Below, piece by piece: positions 41,445 through 52,896 of a stretch of 64,000 nucleotides of DNA; positions within the stretch are counted from its first letter, which is position 1; the number at the start of each line of letters is the position of its first letter. Source of the stretch: Obrimoposthia wandeli (lineage: Eukaryota); NCBI GenBank assembly GCA_977020255.1, contig CDROCS010001143.1, positions 248,001 to 312,000 on the forward strand, written 5' to 3'. Made by a program: the position numbers and the translations under genes. Below the pieces are notes generated by a model. The model searched no databases. It saw only the letters and a list, made by a program, of their open reading frames with translations, and was not told the DNA's origin.

Positions 41445-42680
41445 ATGGAAACAAAAATATGTGTGGTTGAATTGCGGGTATAGTCCGGTATATCGCGCAC
41501 CCAATAGCGTTGCAAAAGACGGTCATAAAGTTGTGCTTATTGATAAAACAGGACCAGCTGCAGGCGCTTCTTTTGGCAATGCGGGCGCTATTGTGGTTTT
41601 GCCTACCAACAGCAACACCCGGCATCGTGTTGAATGCTTTAAAGATGCTAATTTCTAAAGGTCACTATCGATATCACCGACACATCCCTCTAAGCAACCA
41701 CGCGGTTAATTCAGTTTATTTTACAAAGTAGTCAAAAGAACTATCAGCATAGCGCTACTCATTTACGCGCTTTAACTGCGCAAGCTTCTTCGAGTTGGCA
41801 GCGGTTATTATCATCTACTGATTGCCAAGAGTTATTTAGAAATACTGGTTGGTTAAGGTTATTTGAAACAACTAAGTGCTTTAATCAAAACTTAGCGGCA
41901 CGCGAGCTAATAATGATGCAAAAAGGCACACCTTCGGTTACTAAACGCCGCTGAAATTCAAGATATTGAACCCAACCTTGCTCCATTTTTAAGCACAGGT
42001 GTGCTTGCAAGCCTGACTGCTATTTTATTACTAACTTAGAGCGCGTGCTGCAACAACTAATAACAGCAGCACTTCCACGCCAATGGTGAATTAATTTTTC
42101 AAAGCGATAGAAGTGACTGATATTAATTTATCAAAGCAGCGCCCTGAAATTAAATCTGTGCAAGGTGATTTTTATCCACAAAAGATAGTAATAGCGGCTG
42201 GCGCTTGGTCTACTCAATTAACTAAAGGGCTAAAATTCAAAGCGCCTTTAGAAGCAGAGCGCGGCTATCATTTAATGATGCCAGCGGCCACTGATATTAA
42301 ACGCCCGATTGTAAATGCAGATAAAGGCTTTGTGATTTGTCCGATGGAAACAGGATTAAGATTAACCAGCCAAGTTGAGTTAGCATCGGTTGATGCCCCA
42401 GCTGATTACAAAAAAATACGGGCGTTGATGCCGGGATTAAACGCATGCTGCCAAGTGCGTTATTACAATTGCAAAGCAATCCTGTTGGATGGGAGCTAGG
42501 CCTTCCCTACCCGACTCTCTACCCATTATTAGCCAATGGTCTGAACAAGTTTATTTCGCGTTTGGCCACCAGCATTTAGGCTTAACTCTTGGGCCTATTA
42601 CCGGTGAATTAATCGCTGATTTAGTAGCACAGCGGCCCGCTAAAATTGATTTAGCCGCCTACAGACACGACAGGTTTTAA
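41445..42680 (+). pseudogene. DadA-like FAD-dependent oxidoreductase, multiply frameshifted
   Basis: GASFGNAG, VIAAGAWS, PLEAERGYH, WMGARPSLPDSLP, AFGHQHLGLTLGP. Confidence 0.85.
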
Positions 42681-42768
42681 ATATTGAGGGCTTAAACGCT
42701 AGAACTGCCATACAGGGTATTGGCAGTTTTGATTTGAACTTATAACGAAGCTGCTATTTCTAGATACG

Positions 42769-43206
42769 CTAACTAGCGTTGGGATCCCACTGGTAAATGT
42801 TATCCCATTCTTGAATTTCAATTTGCTTAAAGCCTTGCTTCATATAAAAATCATTCGCAGGGCTATCTTTTAAAGCACCAAGGCGCAAAGGTAGCTGTTG
42901 TTGCTGAGCTTCGTGTTGTAATTGTTGAATTATTTGTCCACCTATACCGCCACCTTGATGTGGAATATCAATATACAAATGATCTAGCCAAAGATGATCT
43001 TGCTTTTTGAACAGCACATAAAAACCAAGTAATTGATGAGCATCGACTATTTTGTAAGTGCAAGGTGCATTAAATTTTTTTACAAAACGTTCACGGGCCC
43101 GCACAGCATCAAAGCGACCCAATACCTCTAGACTTGGGCGCATTGCGCGAATTCTTAAGGCAACTAATTCTTCTAAATCACTTTCATCTACTAGCAAAAA
43201 CTGCAT
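42769..43206 (-). CDS. GNAT acetyltransferase
   Basis: LDHLYI...QGGGIG, SPANDFY.KQGF. Confidence 0.85.
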   Translation of the reverse strand: MQFLLVDESDLEELVALRIRAMRPSLEVLGRFDAVRARERFVKKFNAPCTYKIVDAHQLLGFYVLFKKQDHLWLDHLYIDIPHQGGGIGGQIIQQLQHEAQQQQLPLRLGALKDSPANDFYMKQGFKQIEIQEWDNIYQWDPNAS

Positions 43207-43290
43207 TTCTCACCCATCTACGCAATAGCGTTTAACTTTCTAGCTTGTGGCTTTCCCGTTTATCGCTTCTAATCCACACAACTATCATAA

Positions 43291-43839
43291 CTACCACAAC
43301 CCAGCTGATCTCGCATTTTGCTCCAATCTAAACAAGTCCAACTCTAGTAACTGTAGTTCTAACTTTAAACTTAAACGATCCAGAGATTGATAAACTGATT
43401 TATGATCTTTTTTATCTTGGTTTTTCTTGTTCCGTAAGGATCTCATCTCGCTTCTAAGGCTGCGTATTTCTACTTTTTTATCGTATGACTTTCGCCCCAT
43501 TCGATAAGCATCTAAAAATGGCCTGTCATCAAGCGTGCTACAAGTATTACGATAGTAATGTCCAGCCATACCGTAACGCCAGCCTGATTGCGGACTACAA
43601 AACGTCTCGATTCCCTGTAACCAACCCTCTTTATACGCTTCAAAATCAGGGGTAATAGCATATTTTTGGCAAGCTTGGGTGTGCTCGGCTACGAAGCTGG
43701 ATTTATGGCCATCAAGTGCATTATCAAAACCTAAATCGTACCAATTCGCACTCACACACTGTGCTTGATTCAATGTGGCACACCCAGCAAGTAATAATAA
43801 ACCGATGCTTAGTAGAAATTTAAATTTGAGGTTTATCAT
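43291..43839 (-). CDS. DUF2799 lipoprotein
   Basis: Lipobox LAGC, C...NWY..G..NA..G, Y..GW..G...FC. Confidence 0.8.
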   Translation of the reverse strand: MINLKFKFLLSIGLLLLAGCATLNQAQCVSANWYDLGFDNALDGHKSSFVAEHTQACQKYAITPDFEAYKEGWLQGIETFCSPQSGWRYGMAGHYYRNTCSTLDDRPFLDAYRMGRKSYDKKVEIRSLRSEMRSLRNKKNQDKKDHKSVYQSLDRLSLKLELQLLELDLFRLEQNARSAGLW

Positions 43840-43877
43840 ATCGATGCCATTTTCTGATTTTTTAAAAAGACATTATA

Positions 43878-44834
43878 TTACGAGTGCTTACTGGCCAGTA
43901 TTTTTTTCCCTACGACCACCAGCAATATCCCACCGAGTATTAAAATAGCCGATACAAATAAACGATTAGTCAATGGTTCATCAACAAAGAGAATCCCCCC
44001 TAGTGCTGCAATAACGGGAACAAGTAATTGCAACACAGCAGCTTGCATTGTTTTTAATGAACGCAGGGCAATATACCAAATAGTGTAACCAACGCCAGAA
44101 GTAAGCGCACCTGAAGCCACAGCTAACATTAGGCCTTTGATTGAAAAATAATACCCATCATAATTGTACAATGCTAGGGCTATGATGAAAGGAATTGTAC
44201 GTAAAAAGTTGAAGCTAGTATCTCGCAGCGGATCTTGTGTTTTCTTCCCCGCTAATGTGTAGTACCCCCAAGCAACACCTGCAATTGTCATTAATATCAA
44301 CCCTTGCATAGATGGCGCTGAAACACCTGGTAACATCAAATAAACAAAACCGATGAACGCTAATGCTACACCGATCCACTCAGTATAATGCAACTTATTA
44401 CCGTTATAGATAGACATTGCAATCATGGTCATCTGCACCACACCAAATAATATAAGCGCCCCTGTGCCTGTTTCTAAAGAGATATAGGCATACGAGAACC
44501 CGGCTGCATATAAAAACAGCATGATCGCGGCAAACCAACTTCCATTTGATTTAACAGTATTTTCACTTTGTACTTTACCCGTTGTTTTTTGCACCAACGA
44601 GCGTAGCCACAAGATCAACAATAAGGCGCTAATGCCTGATACTAAGCGCACTACTGTAAAACTTCCAGCGTCAATAGCCGCGCCATCTACACGCATTTCT
44701 AACGCCAGTCGGCACAGAACGGAATTGGCGGCAAAAGCCGTGAGCGCCAGCAAGGTATAGAAAACAGTTTGTAATAAATTACTAGTTGATACGCCAGTTG
44801 CAGTGTTGTAGTGCATATAGATATCTCTGTACAA
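43878..44834 (-). CDS. DMT/EamA transporter
   Basis: AFAANSVLCRLAL, TGTGALILFG, LTSGVGYTIWY. Confidence 0.88.
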   Translation of the reverse strand: MYRDIYMHYNTATGVSTSNLLQTVFYTLLALTAFAANSVLCRLALEMRVDGAAIDAGSFTVVRLVSGISALLLILWLRSLVQKTTGKVQSENTVKSNGSWFAAIMLFLYAAGFSYAYISLETGTGALILFGVVQMTMIAMSIYNGNKLHYTEWIGVALAFIGFVYLMLPGVSAPSMQGLILMTIAGVAWGYYTLAGKKTQDPLRDTSFNFLRTIPFIIALALYNYDGYYFSIKGLMLAVASGALTSGVGYTIWYIALRSLKTMQAAVLQLLVPVIAALGGILFVDEPLTNRLFVSAILILGGILLVVVGKKILASKHS

Positions 44835-45125
44835 AAGAAGGATTTGCGCGAGATTATCCTCGAGTTAGCTTATATATGCAAAACAGTGTGCCATTAAAAT
44901 TGCTTTCAAATAGGTCTAGCTCGGTCCTCAGTATCATTGCTGCCAATGCATGCTTATCCTGGAAGGAGTACACACAAATTGACTAGATTACATAGCTTTG
45001 CAATTTTTCTGCGATTTGTGTCAGTGAAACAGTCTTTACTGCATGGGCTAAAACCTCTGCAACCTGCCATTTTATAGACAGATAGTAATTCACAAACTGC
45101 CTGCACTCTATATATTGTTAGCCGA

Positions 45126-46373
45126 TCAAGGTACCGCCAGTACTTTGCAATTGCACAAGTCATCACTTTCAAAAGCTGTCATATCCCCAGCGCTTAAACC
45201 TGGTACTGGAAAGACGCGCACAGTCAGCGGTTTATTTAGACGAAACGCCATAGTCCCTGTATCACGCATCAGCGCCGCCATTTTATCGATAGTCGTATCA
45301 CCGGGAATGGGTACTGTATCTAAGCCTATGCCGCAAACTGCGCTGTAAGTTAATAGCGAACGAATATCAAATTGGTCATCTATGCTACCTTGGGCCAAGC
45401 CTCTATCCTCGGTCAAAGCTAGCATCAGTCCTGAAAAACCAACCAAATCGACATCTGTTATCGATTTAAATACCTTGGTCAAAAGCGCCGAGGCCTCTAC
45501 CGTGCCACTTGCACCAAAATACGGAACGCCCAATAATTGATAGACCTGAGCCATACTGGCGCAATCTTTTGACGGAGCGGCTGAACTATCAAACCCGGCA
45601 AAGCACCAACCGCTGTCCAATTCACTGTGCTCGACTATTTTAGCTATTTCTGCAATGTGATACTGCAGTGCAGTACTCATCGCTATGAAGTAATCTTTTG
45701 TTACTTCACGATGTGTCTGCCCTACTTTCAAAATGACGCTCTGTAAGGCATGTACTAGTAAATCAGGGGTTTCTAGGCCAATCACAAAACTATTAGCTAT
45801 GCTTTTGTCATGATAGCTCGCGGGGAAATAAGGTATGTGGGGGGCGCAATTAAAGTTCACGGTAAAGTTGAAATTGCCCTCTCCTCGCGCAGTAATTTTA
45901 CTTATCTGCTTAACGGCCTTTGCACATTCTAATATCAGTTCATTGTCCAGCACACAATACTGATCAATAGGCACGTTAACGCAGGCATTGCATAAGTCGC
46001 CAAATTCACTAATCAACTGCGGTAACAGTGCAATTTCGGCGGCAGTTTTTGCCTCGCCTATGGCAAAGCGCACCCGCAACCCTGATTGGTTGGTCTGATG
46101 AAGCAATTCACTTAAATAGTTCAGACCTTCACGGGCAGTAACTAAGTCTTCCAGGTTTAAATACTCACCAAAGGCGTTCGTGACAATACGTATTGACTGT
46201 ACTTGGTAATTTTTTTCCTGGCACTTGCTTGCTAACTGTGTGCAAAGTTGAGCGGCTTTGGTTATTTCACTCTGCCAAGTTTCTCTGTCAGCAGTTAAGG
46301 TAATGAAGGTAGTAATTGTTCTGATTTTACAGAGTTCTGAATTGGCATAATTCAAGGGCGACACCTTTTGCAT
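45126..46373 (-). CDS. DUF711 family protein
   Basis: KIRTIT.F, QSIRI.TN, FSGLMLAL.ED, YSAVCGIGLDTVPIPG, KPLTVRVFP. Confidence 0.8.
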   Translation of the reverse strand: MQKVSPLNYANSELCKIRTITTFITLTADRETWQSEITKAAQLCTQLASKCQEKNYQVQSIRIVTNAFGEYLNLEDLVTAREGLNYLSELLHQTNQSGLRVRFAIGEAKTAAEIALLPQLISEFGDLCNACVNVPIDQYCVLDNELILECAKAVKQISKITARGEGNFNFTVNFNCAPHIPYFPASYHDKSIANSFVIGLETPDLLVHALQSVILKVGQTHREVTKDYFIAMSTALQYHIAEIAKIVEHSELDSGWCFAGFDSSAAPSKDCASMAQVYQLLGVPYFGASGTVEASALLTKVFKSITDVDLVGFSGLMLALTEDRGLAQGSIDDQFDIRSLLTYSAVCGIGLDTVPIPGDTTIDKMAALMRDTGTMAFRLNKPLTVRVFPVPGLSAGDMTAFESDDLCNCKVLAVP

Positions 46374-46397
46374 TTAAGGAACTTAATGTAGCCAAAG

Positions 46398-46437
46398 CTT
46401 ATATCGTAAATTGACATATGTCAATTTACGATATAAG
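46398..46437. promoter_or_regulatory. Perfect 40-bp palindrome upstream of DUF711
   Basis: CTTATATCGTAAATTGACAT|ATGTCAATTTACGATATAAG. Confidence 0.6.
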
Positions 46438-46616
46438 TCTGTATCTAAAACAATGTGGGAGTCATACGCCCCTACATAGAGTCAAAAATAAAAGCGGTAG
46501 TGCTCTCTTAGTTAATCCAACGCTTTCCTTTAGCTCTGCTCTCCGCTTTATCAATAGCTCACTTTATTAACCTATAAAGCACTGCTAAGTGCAGTGCTCG
46601 GTTTTTTTAAAAATGA

Positions 46617-47885
46617 TTATACCCAGCTAGGTATTGAATCTAGCGCAATCAGCTGTTGATGGCTTGGAGATTGGCGAATAGTATGCCAGCGATCTCCTTC
46701 TACCAACACTTCTGCAATTAACGGGCGCGAATTATAACTGCTCGCTTGCACGGCGCCATATGCACCAGCTGAATGTAAAACTAATAAATCATTTTCTTTG
46801 ACTGCTGCCATTGTCCGGTTTAAGGCTAAGTAATCGCCACTTTCACAAACAGGTCCGACTATATCAGCGGTGATAGTACCAATTGGCTGTGCACTGAGTT
46901 CTACTTGTGCAACTTTATGCCAAGCTTCGTAAAGCGTGGGGCGCAGTAAGTCATTCATGGCCGCGTCGACAATGACAAAGCACTTGTCTGTAACCGGTTT
47001 TACATAACAAACCTGGGTAACTAAAATACCGGCGTTAGCGACGATAAAGCGGCCGGGCTCAAAAATAAAGGTAGTGTTTAAACGCGCTGCATGTTTGTTG
47101 ATAATACTGGCGTAATCTGCCAACAATTGCGCTTGGCTGCTATCATCATCGCGATAAGGTACTGCTAAACCACCGCCAAAGTTAAAGTGTTGCAGCACGA
47201 TTCCAATATCACTAAGTGAGGAAACTAGCCCACTTAGTTTCTCAATAGCAGTATCAAACGCACTTAGCTTGGTGATCTGGCTCCCTATATGCATATCGAT
47301 ACCGCATACCTTAATACCTGATAGTGATGCTGCTAATTGATAGACACCTAAAGCATCGCTGATCGGAATACCAAATTTATCACTGGATTTTCCCGTAGAT
47401 ATTTTGGCGTGAGTTTTAGGGTCTACATCTGGATTTATACGCAAAGAAATAGGCGCTGTTTTATTCATTTGTGTAGCAATTTGCGAGATTCTCTGTAATT
47501 CAGGCTCAGATTCGACGTTAAAGCAGTGAATGTTTAATTCAAGTGCCATTTTAATTTCAGCGACACTTTTAGCTACTCCTGAAAAAACGATTTTATCAGC
47601 GCTAAAACCGGCACTTATCGCCCGTTGTAGCTCACCTGCAGATACAACATCAGCACCAGCCCCTTCTTTGGCTAATAGTTGCAGCACTGCTTGGTTAGAG
47701 TTCGCTTTTAATGCATAGCAAATGATATGGGGCAACGCTTTAAAAGTATTAGCAAAAAGCTGGTAATGTTCACGCAGTGCACTCGCGCTATAACAGTAAA
47801 AAGGAGTTGGCTGTGTTTGCGCGAGCTGAGTAATGCTGACAGATTCAGCATATAAGCTTTGCTGTTGATAATGAAATGATGACAT
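46617..47885 (-). CDS. lysA: Diaminopimelate decarboxylase
   Basis: YALKANSN, KISTG...KFG, HIGSQI, EPGR, GPVCESGD, GAYG. Confidence 0.95.
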   Translation of the reverse strand: MSSFHYQQQSLYAESVSITQLAQTQPTPFYCYSASALREHYQLFANTFKALPHIICYALKANSNQAVLQLLAKEGAGADVVSAGELQRAISAGFSADKIVFSGVAKSVAEIKMALELNIHCFNVESEPELQRISQIATQMNKTAPISLRINPDVDPKTHAKISTGKSSDKFGIPISDALGVYQLAASLSGIKVCGIDMHIGSQITKLSAFDTAIEKLSGLVSSLSDIGIVLQHFNFGGGLAVPYRDDDSSQAQLLADYASIINKHAARLNTTFIFEPGRFIVANAGILVTQVCYVKPVTDKCFVIVDAAMNDLLRPTLYEAWHKVAQVELSAQPIGTITADIVGPVCESGDYLALNRTMAAVKENDLLVLHSAGAYGAVQASSYNSRPLIAEVLVEGDRWHTIRQSPSHQQLIALDSIPSWV

Positions 47886-48159
47886 GAAGAATACCTGAAA
47901 TTTAATTGTTTATTTAAAGAGCATAGTCATACAAATTTAATAGTAACTGGTATCATAAACAACTAACTATATGACATTTTGTGTATGAAAAATTAACATT
48001 ATGTATAATCTTAATAACAAATAGCTTAATATGTGTTTCTCTATAAAAAGCACAGTATTAAAAGCTTAAACTTTGTGGACAGTTACTCTTCTCACAGCAG
48101 TTAGTAAAAGTGTCTAGGAACAAATTTAGACAAATAATATTTTTAACAAGAGAATTAAA

Positions 48160-48585
48160 ATGCACTTAGATGAGCGCGATAAACAGCTAATATCACTCTT
48201 GCAAAAGAATGGTCGTGAGTCCGTTGTTTCCCTTAGTAAGCAGCTTGGAGTATCTAGGGCAACGATTCAGAACCGGATTGAAATGCTTGAGCGGCGTAAA
48301 ATCATTAAAGGATTTACTGTTTTATTTGATGACGAATATCAAAACCGCCTACTTCGAGTCTTAATGTCAATCAACCTGAAAGCAGGGGTATCAAGACATG
48401 TCATAAAAGCGCTGAAACGCAGACCTTTAGTCACTAAAATATTATCTGTCAGCGGTATTTACGATCTAATTATTGAGATCACAGTACAAACAACCATTGA
48501 ACTGGATACTGAGATTGATGATATTAGAGAACTTGAGGGGATTGAGCAAACAATTACTTCGGTTGTCTTAGCGGATTATCATTGA
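48160..48585 (+). CDS. Lrp/AsnC regulator
   Basis: HTH LGVSRATIQNRI, SVSG.YDL. Confidence 0.88.
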   Translation: MHLDERDKQLISLLQKNGRESVVSLSKQLGVSRATIQNRIEMLERRKIIKGFTVLFDDEYQNRLLRVLMSINLKAGVSRHVIKALKRRPLVTKILSVSGIYDLIIEITVQTTIELDTEIDDIRELEGIEQTITSVVLADYH

Positions 48586-48813
48586 GGATAACAAAGATCC
48601 CACATCACTAACGGCACTAAGAATACATTAAAATTATTTACAGATAACATTCACCAAACCCTATTAGCTTTTGACTATAAGGCTATGCAGTTATAGATCG
48701 AGGCACAACTAAAACGGAATCGCTACTTCCCCTTAGTTGCTACAATTCTATTTTTAAGCTCGGTTCTTGAACTCAATTTTTGTTAGCCCTGTCATTTTGC
48801 TCTATCTTTTAAA

Positions 48814-49443
48814 TTACCCCTTCAACATCATTTTTGCCAATGCATGATTATCTTGGAAGGGATAAGCTTGAATTGAATCGGCTACAGAGCCTTGTAATTT
48901 TTCTGCTATTTGCGCCACTGTCTGCGCTGTTTTATCTTGGCTAAGTTTGTGCTTTGCATGCCATGAGTCAATTTGTAAACTGTAACAGCGAATAGCTTTT
49001 AACATGCCTTGCTGCTGTTTATCATTAAGCTCAGACAGGTTCCAGGCAGGCGTTAACCTACTCTCGTAAAAATCAGCCATTTGCATCATCGCAGCCAATT
49101 TTTCTGGGGGTGACACAACCTCGCTTACCTGCCCTGTTATATGTACAGCAGAGTAATTCCAAGTGGGTACTAACAATTTATCCGCCCAGTTTGGTGATAT
49201 ATAACCATGAGGACCATTAAAAATAACGGTTGTAGGATGTTCAATTAATCCTTGGTTATGATCATTTGCCGCCGCTAAGTGGAATACCAACTGGTGCTGT
49301 GCTTCATCATAAAGCACAGGGATATGACTAATTTCTAGCCCTGCTTCATCTGTTACGGTTATTAGCTGTGCAAAACTATATTCTGCCATCAACTGTGTTG
49401 CACTAGCCCAATCGTCTTGTTTAAAATGCGGTGGAATATACAT
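48814..49443 (-). CDS. PaiB-like FMN-binding negative regulator
   Basis: MYIPPHF, GPHGYISP.W, VPTWNYSAVH, KLSQ. Confidence 0.9.
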   Translation of the reverse strand: MYIPPHFKQDDWASATQLMAEYSFAQLITVTDEAGLEISHIPVLYDEAQHQLVFHLAAANDHNQGLIEHPTTVIFNGPHGYISPNWADKLLVPTWNYSAVHITGQVSEVVSPPEKLAAMMQMADFYESRLTPAWNLSELNDKQQQGMLKAIRCYSLQIDSWHAKHKLSQDKTAQTVAQIAEKLQGSVADSIQAYPFQDNHALAKMMLKG

Positions 49444-49546
49444 CTAATTTATCCTCTTACAGGTTTACTGTTTTGTCTAAAAATTGATTATCGCTATTTT
49501 TTGGTATAGATTAAACAACCAAAATCAAAATAATAGATAGACCAAA

Positions 49547-51223
49547 ATGCATCAGCTATCCCTGCTCATCCCCATGTCTAAAAAGCCTTTTTACTTGCGT
49601 TTAGCCCAAGCCATCACTCTTAGCATTCAACAGGGCCAAGTCATTGCAGGAGAAAAGCTACCCACCGCAAGAGCACTTGCTGAGCAATTACAAGTAAATC
49701 GCCATACTATTATGCGCAGTTATGCAGAGCTAATTGCCCAAGGTTGGGTAGAAAACGTTGAGCGCAGCCATTATAGAGTGAGCCGTTTGCTACCTATTAT
49801 CAGTAGTGTGAAGCTTGCAAGTGAGAAAAGTAATCCAGATAAGCGACCAACTAAACAAGCGCTAGCACCTGGTAATATTAAGACAATAAATAATGAAGAT
49901 GCCCCTTTCGTTTGGTCTATCCAAAAAGAGGTACCTGAATCAAACTTTATAAAATCTACCGCAGGCTTTACCTACAACTTTGCGGGCGGCAAGCCTGATA
50001 CTGATTTGTTTCCCTTTGATGAATATCGCTCCCATGTAAGTGATGCTCTTAAAAAACCCGCTGCCGCTTCCTTACACTACGGTGAAAACCAAGGCGATCG
50101 TGCTTTAATTACCCAAGGGTTAATTTATCTTAGAAGAACGCGCAATGTGCGTAACAAATCTTTGATGATTACCAACGGCTCTCAAGAAGCGCTATTTTTA
50201 GTTTCCCAGCTATTACTCAAAGCTGGAGATAAAGTGGCGGTTGAACCCTTTGGCTACCCACCAGCATGGTCAGCTTTTCAAGCGGCAGGTGCGCAGCTGA
50301 TCAGCATTAAACAGGACAGCCAAGGTTTAGTGCCTGCCCATCTAAAAGAGATGGCGGTTAAGCATTCATTAAAATGCATTTATTTAACGCCCTTACATCA
50401 GTATCCAACCACCGTAACGTTAAACGCAACCAGACGCTTAGAGATTTATAAAATTGCTAGGCAATACCAACTGTTCATTATCGAAGATGATTACGATCAC
50501 GAATTCCATTACAAATGCCAGCCTATCGCGCCGATGGCCGCCGCAGATCCTGACAACATTGTGATCTATTTAACTTCATTTTCAAAAATAATGTTTCCAG
50601 CAGCGCGCGCCGGCATGTTGGCTATTCCCAAAGCGATACTGCAACCTTTAGTAAATTATCGCACCACCGTTAACCACAAACCTGCGATGCTTTTACAAAG
50701 CGCTTTAGCCCGTTGGATGGCCAGTGGCGGATTTGAAAGACACATTAGGCGCTGTACCAAGGCTTACCAAGAGCGCTATCAAAATGCCCAGTTACAATTA
50801 CAAGCGGCCAATGCATTAGGTGCGCATTTGCAATGCAATATACCCGATGGCGGGATGGCGCTGTGGATAAAAACGACAGTCGATACTCAGCAGCTTGCTG
50901 CATTACTTGCCGAGCAAGGTATTTACATACAACACCAAGCTGAGTTTTGCTTTACTGTCTTTACTACATCGGGCTTTGATGATGAAAAAATTGATGAGCC
51001 GCTATTAAACAATCTACTAAACAATCCACTAAATAATGAATTGGGTATATCAAACAATCCAAACATTATTAAAAACAAGCCGGCTCGCTATTTTAGGCTA
51101 GGCTTTGCCGGGCAAAACATCGCAATGTTTAATGCTGGTTTTAATAAAATAGTTGATCTGGTGCTAACATTACAACATCAACAAACCATCCAGCCGGCAC
51201 AAATAAACATAAAATCAAAATAG
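49547..51223 (+). CDS. MocR/GabR family regulator (GntR HTH + PLP domain)
   Basis: LPTARALAEQLQVNRHT, ITNGSQEA, HQYPT, IIEDDYDHEF. Confidence 0.92.
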   Translation: MHQLSLLIPMSKKPFYLRLAQAITLSIQQGQVIAGEKLPTARALAEQLQVNRHTIMRSYAELIAQGWVENVERSHYRVSRLLPIISSVKLASEKSNPDKRPTKQALAPGNIKTINNEDAPFVWSIQKEVPESNFIKSTAGFTYNFAGGKPDTDLFPFDEYRSHVSDALKKPAAASLHYGENQGDRALITQGLIYLRRTRNVRNKSLMITNGSQEALFLVSQLLLKAGDKVAVEPFGYPPAWSAFQAAGAQLISIKQDSQGLVPAHLKEMAVKHSLKCIYLTPLHQYPTTVTLNATRRLEIYKIARQYQLFIIEDDYDHEFHYKCQPIAPMAAADPDNIVIYLTSFSKIMFPAARAGMLAIPKAILQPLVNYRTTVNHKPAMLLQSALARWMASGGFERHIRRCTKAYQERYQNAQLQLQAANALGAHLQCNIPDGGMALWIKTTVDTQQLAALLAEQGIYIQHQAEFCFTVFTTSGFDDEKIDEPLLNNLLNNPLNNELGISNNPNIIKNKPARYFRLGFAGQNIAMFNAGFNKIVDLVLTLQHQQTIQPAQINIKSK

Positions 51224-51396
51224 TTCATACTCTCTTAATTTTATTGATACTATAGGCATATATATCGCAATAATACAAAAACACAGAATTAAAACCTATA
51301 AAATAGCAATAATAAAGTATTTACAAAGATGACTTTTTTTCCTATTCTAAAGTGACTAACCAATAATTAAGTAACAGCTATTACAGGAAATCTATT

Positions 51397-52512
51397 ATGT
51401 TAATCGGCGTACCTAAAGAAATTAAAAACCACGAATACCGCATCGGCATGACACCTGCAGGTGTAAGAGAAGTTATTGAAGCTGGCCATCAAGTGATGAT
51501 GCAAAAAGATGGTGGTACTGCAATTGGTTTAACAGACGACATGTATATTGCCGCAGGCGCGACAATTATCGAAACTGCTGAAGAAATTTTTGCAACAGCA
51601 GAAATGATTATCAAAGTAAAAGAGCCACAGGCAAACGAATGTAAAATGCTAAGATCTGGCCAGATCTTATTCACTTATTTACACCTTGCGCCAGATCCTG
51701 AACAAACTAAGCTTTTAGTGGATTCTGATTCAGTTGCGATTGCTTACGAGACGGTAACAGACAACAACAGAGGCCTACCTTTGTTAGCTCCAATGAGTGA
51801 AGTTGCTGGTCGTATGGCGATTCAAGCAGGCGCTCACGCACTTGAAAAAGCACAGGGCGGTTTAGGCACATTGCTTGGCGGCGTTCCAGGTGTTGCTCCT
51901 GCTAAAGTCGTTGTTATCGGTGGTGGTGTAGTTGGCGTTAACGCTGCACGTATCGCATTAGGTATGGGCGCTGATGTCACTATCCTAGATAGATCACTAA
52001 CACGTCTAAAAGAGCTAGATTCTTTACACGGCCCTGCCCTTAAAACACTTTACTCGAATGCCGAATCTTTAGAATCAGAAGTTTTAGCGGCTGATTTAGT
52101 AGTAGGCGCGGTACTTATTCCCGGCGCTGCCGCACCTAAGCTAGTAACACGTGAAAACTTGAAGAGCATGAAAAAAGGCGCTGTGCTAGTTGACGTTGCA
52201 ATCGACCAAGGGGGTTGTTTTGAAACATCTCGTGCAACGACTCACCAAGACCCTATTTACAACGAAGAAGGCATTGTGCACTACTGTGTTGCCAACATGC
52301 CAGGTGGTGTGGCACGTACCTCTACTTTCGCACTAACAAATGCGACATTGCCGTTCATCTTGAATTTGGCAAACAAAGGTTACAAGAAAGCACTTGCTGA
52401 TGATGAGCATTTGTTAAATGGCTTGAATGTACACCGCGGTGACATCACTTATGAAGCCGTTGCTAAGAACCTAGGTTACGCACACGTCACGCCAAGTGAT
52501 GCTATTGCATAA
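51397..52512 (+). CDS. ald: Alanine dehydrogenase
   Basis: [40 protein letters not shown]. Confidence 0.97.
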   Translation: MLIGVPKEIKNHEYRIGMTPAGVREVIEAGHQVMMQKDGGTAIGLTDDMYIAAGATIIETAEEIFATAEMIIKVKEPQANECKMLRSGQILFTYLHLAPDPEQTKLLVDSDSVAIAYETVTDNNRGLPLLAPMSEVAGRMAIQAGAHALEKAQGGLGTLLGGVPGVAPAKVVVIGGGVVGVNAARIALGMGADVTILDRSLTRLKELDSLHGPALKTLYSNAESLESEVLAADLVVGAVLIPGAAAPKLVTRENLKSMKKGAVLVDVAIDQGGCFETSRATTHQDPIYNEEGIVHYCVANMPGGVARTSTFALTNATLPFILNLANKGYKKALADDEHLLNGLNVHRGDITYEAVAKNLGYAHVTPSDAIA

Positions 52513-52532
52513 CGAGTCAGTTTTTAATCTTT

Positions 52533-52566
52533 AAAAAAGGGTAAGCAGCAATGCTTACCCTTTTTT
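52533..52566 (+). terminator. Intrinsic terminator after ald
   Basis: AAAAAAGGGTAAGCA-gcaa-TGCTTACCCTTTTTT. Confidence 0.85.
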
Positions 52567-52896
52567 GTGCGCATGTAGTCGAGTAATAAAAATTCATACT
52601 GAAGACTTCTCAAGCACTAATTTCAGGTATTCAAAACTCAGCATAGAACAATAAAGTATCATACTGGATACATCCTTAGTGAATTATAGGGTATGTTTCG
52701 AATAATCAAATTGCATACTAGAATTCTACAAGATTACTGAATTATTCGACTTTGATGAGGCAGTAAACGCCAGCGGACTAAACCGCTAGCGCGGTAATGG
52801 TGCCGGCTTCAACTCTTTCATATTACCCAATCCTATTCGTAATCTCTTATCCTAGAGAAGGGGCAACATGCCCCATCTAAGATAGGAGTAAATAGC

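Noticed and set aside
44835-45125. Possible gene relic between the DMT and DUF711 genes
   Set aside because: Protein-like reading is short, interrupted and has no recognisable motif.
47886-48159. Lysine riboswitch upstream of lysA
   Set aside because: Short, very AT-rich divergent promoter region with no recognisable L-box elements.
48814-51223. PaiB-like gene divergent from MocR
   Set aside because: A widespread, well-known gene pairing.
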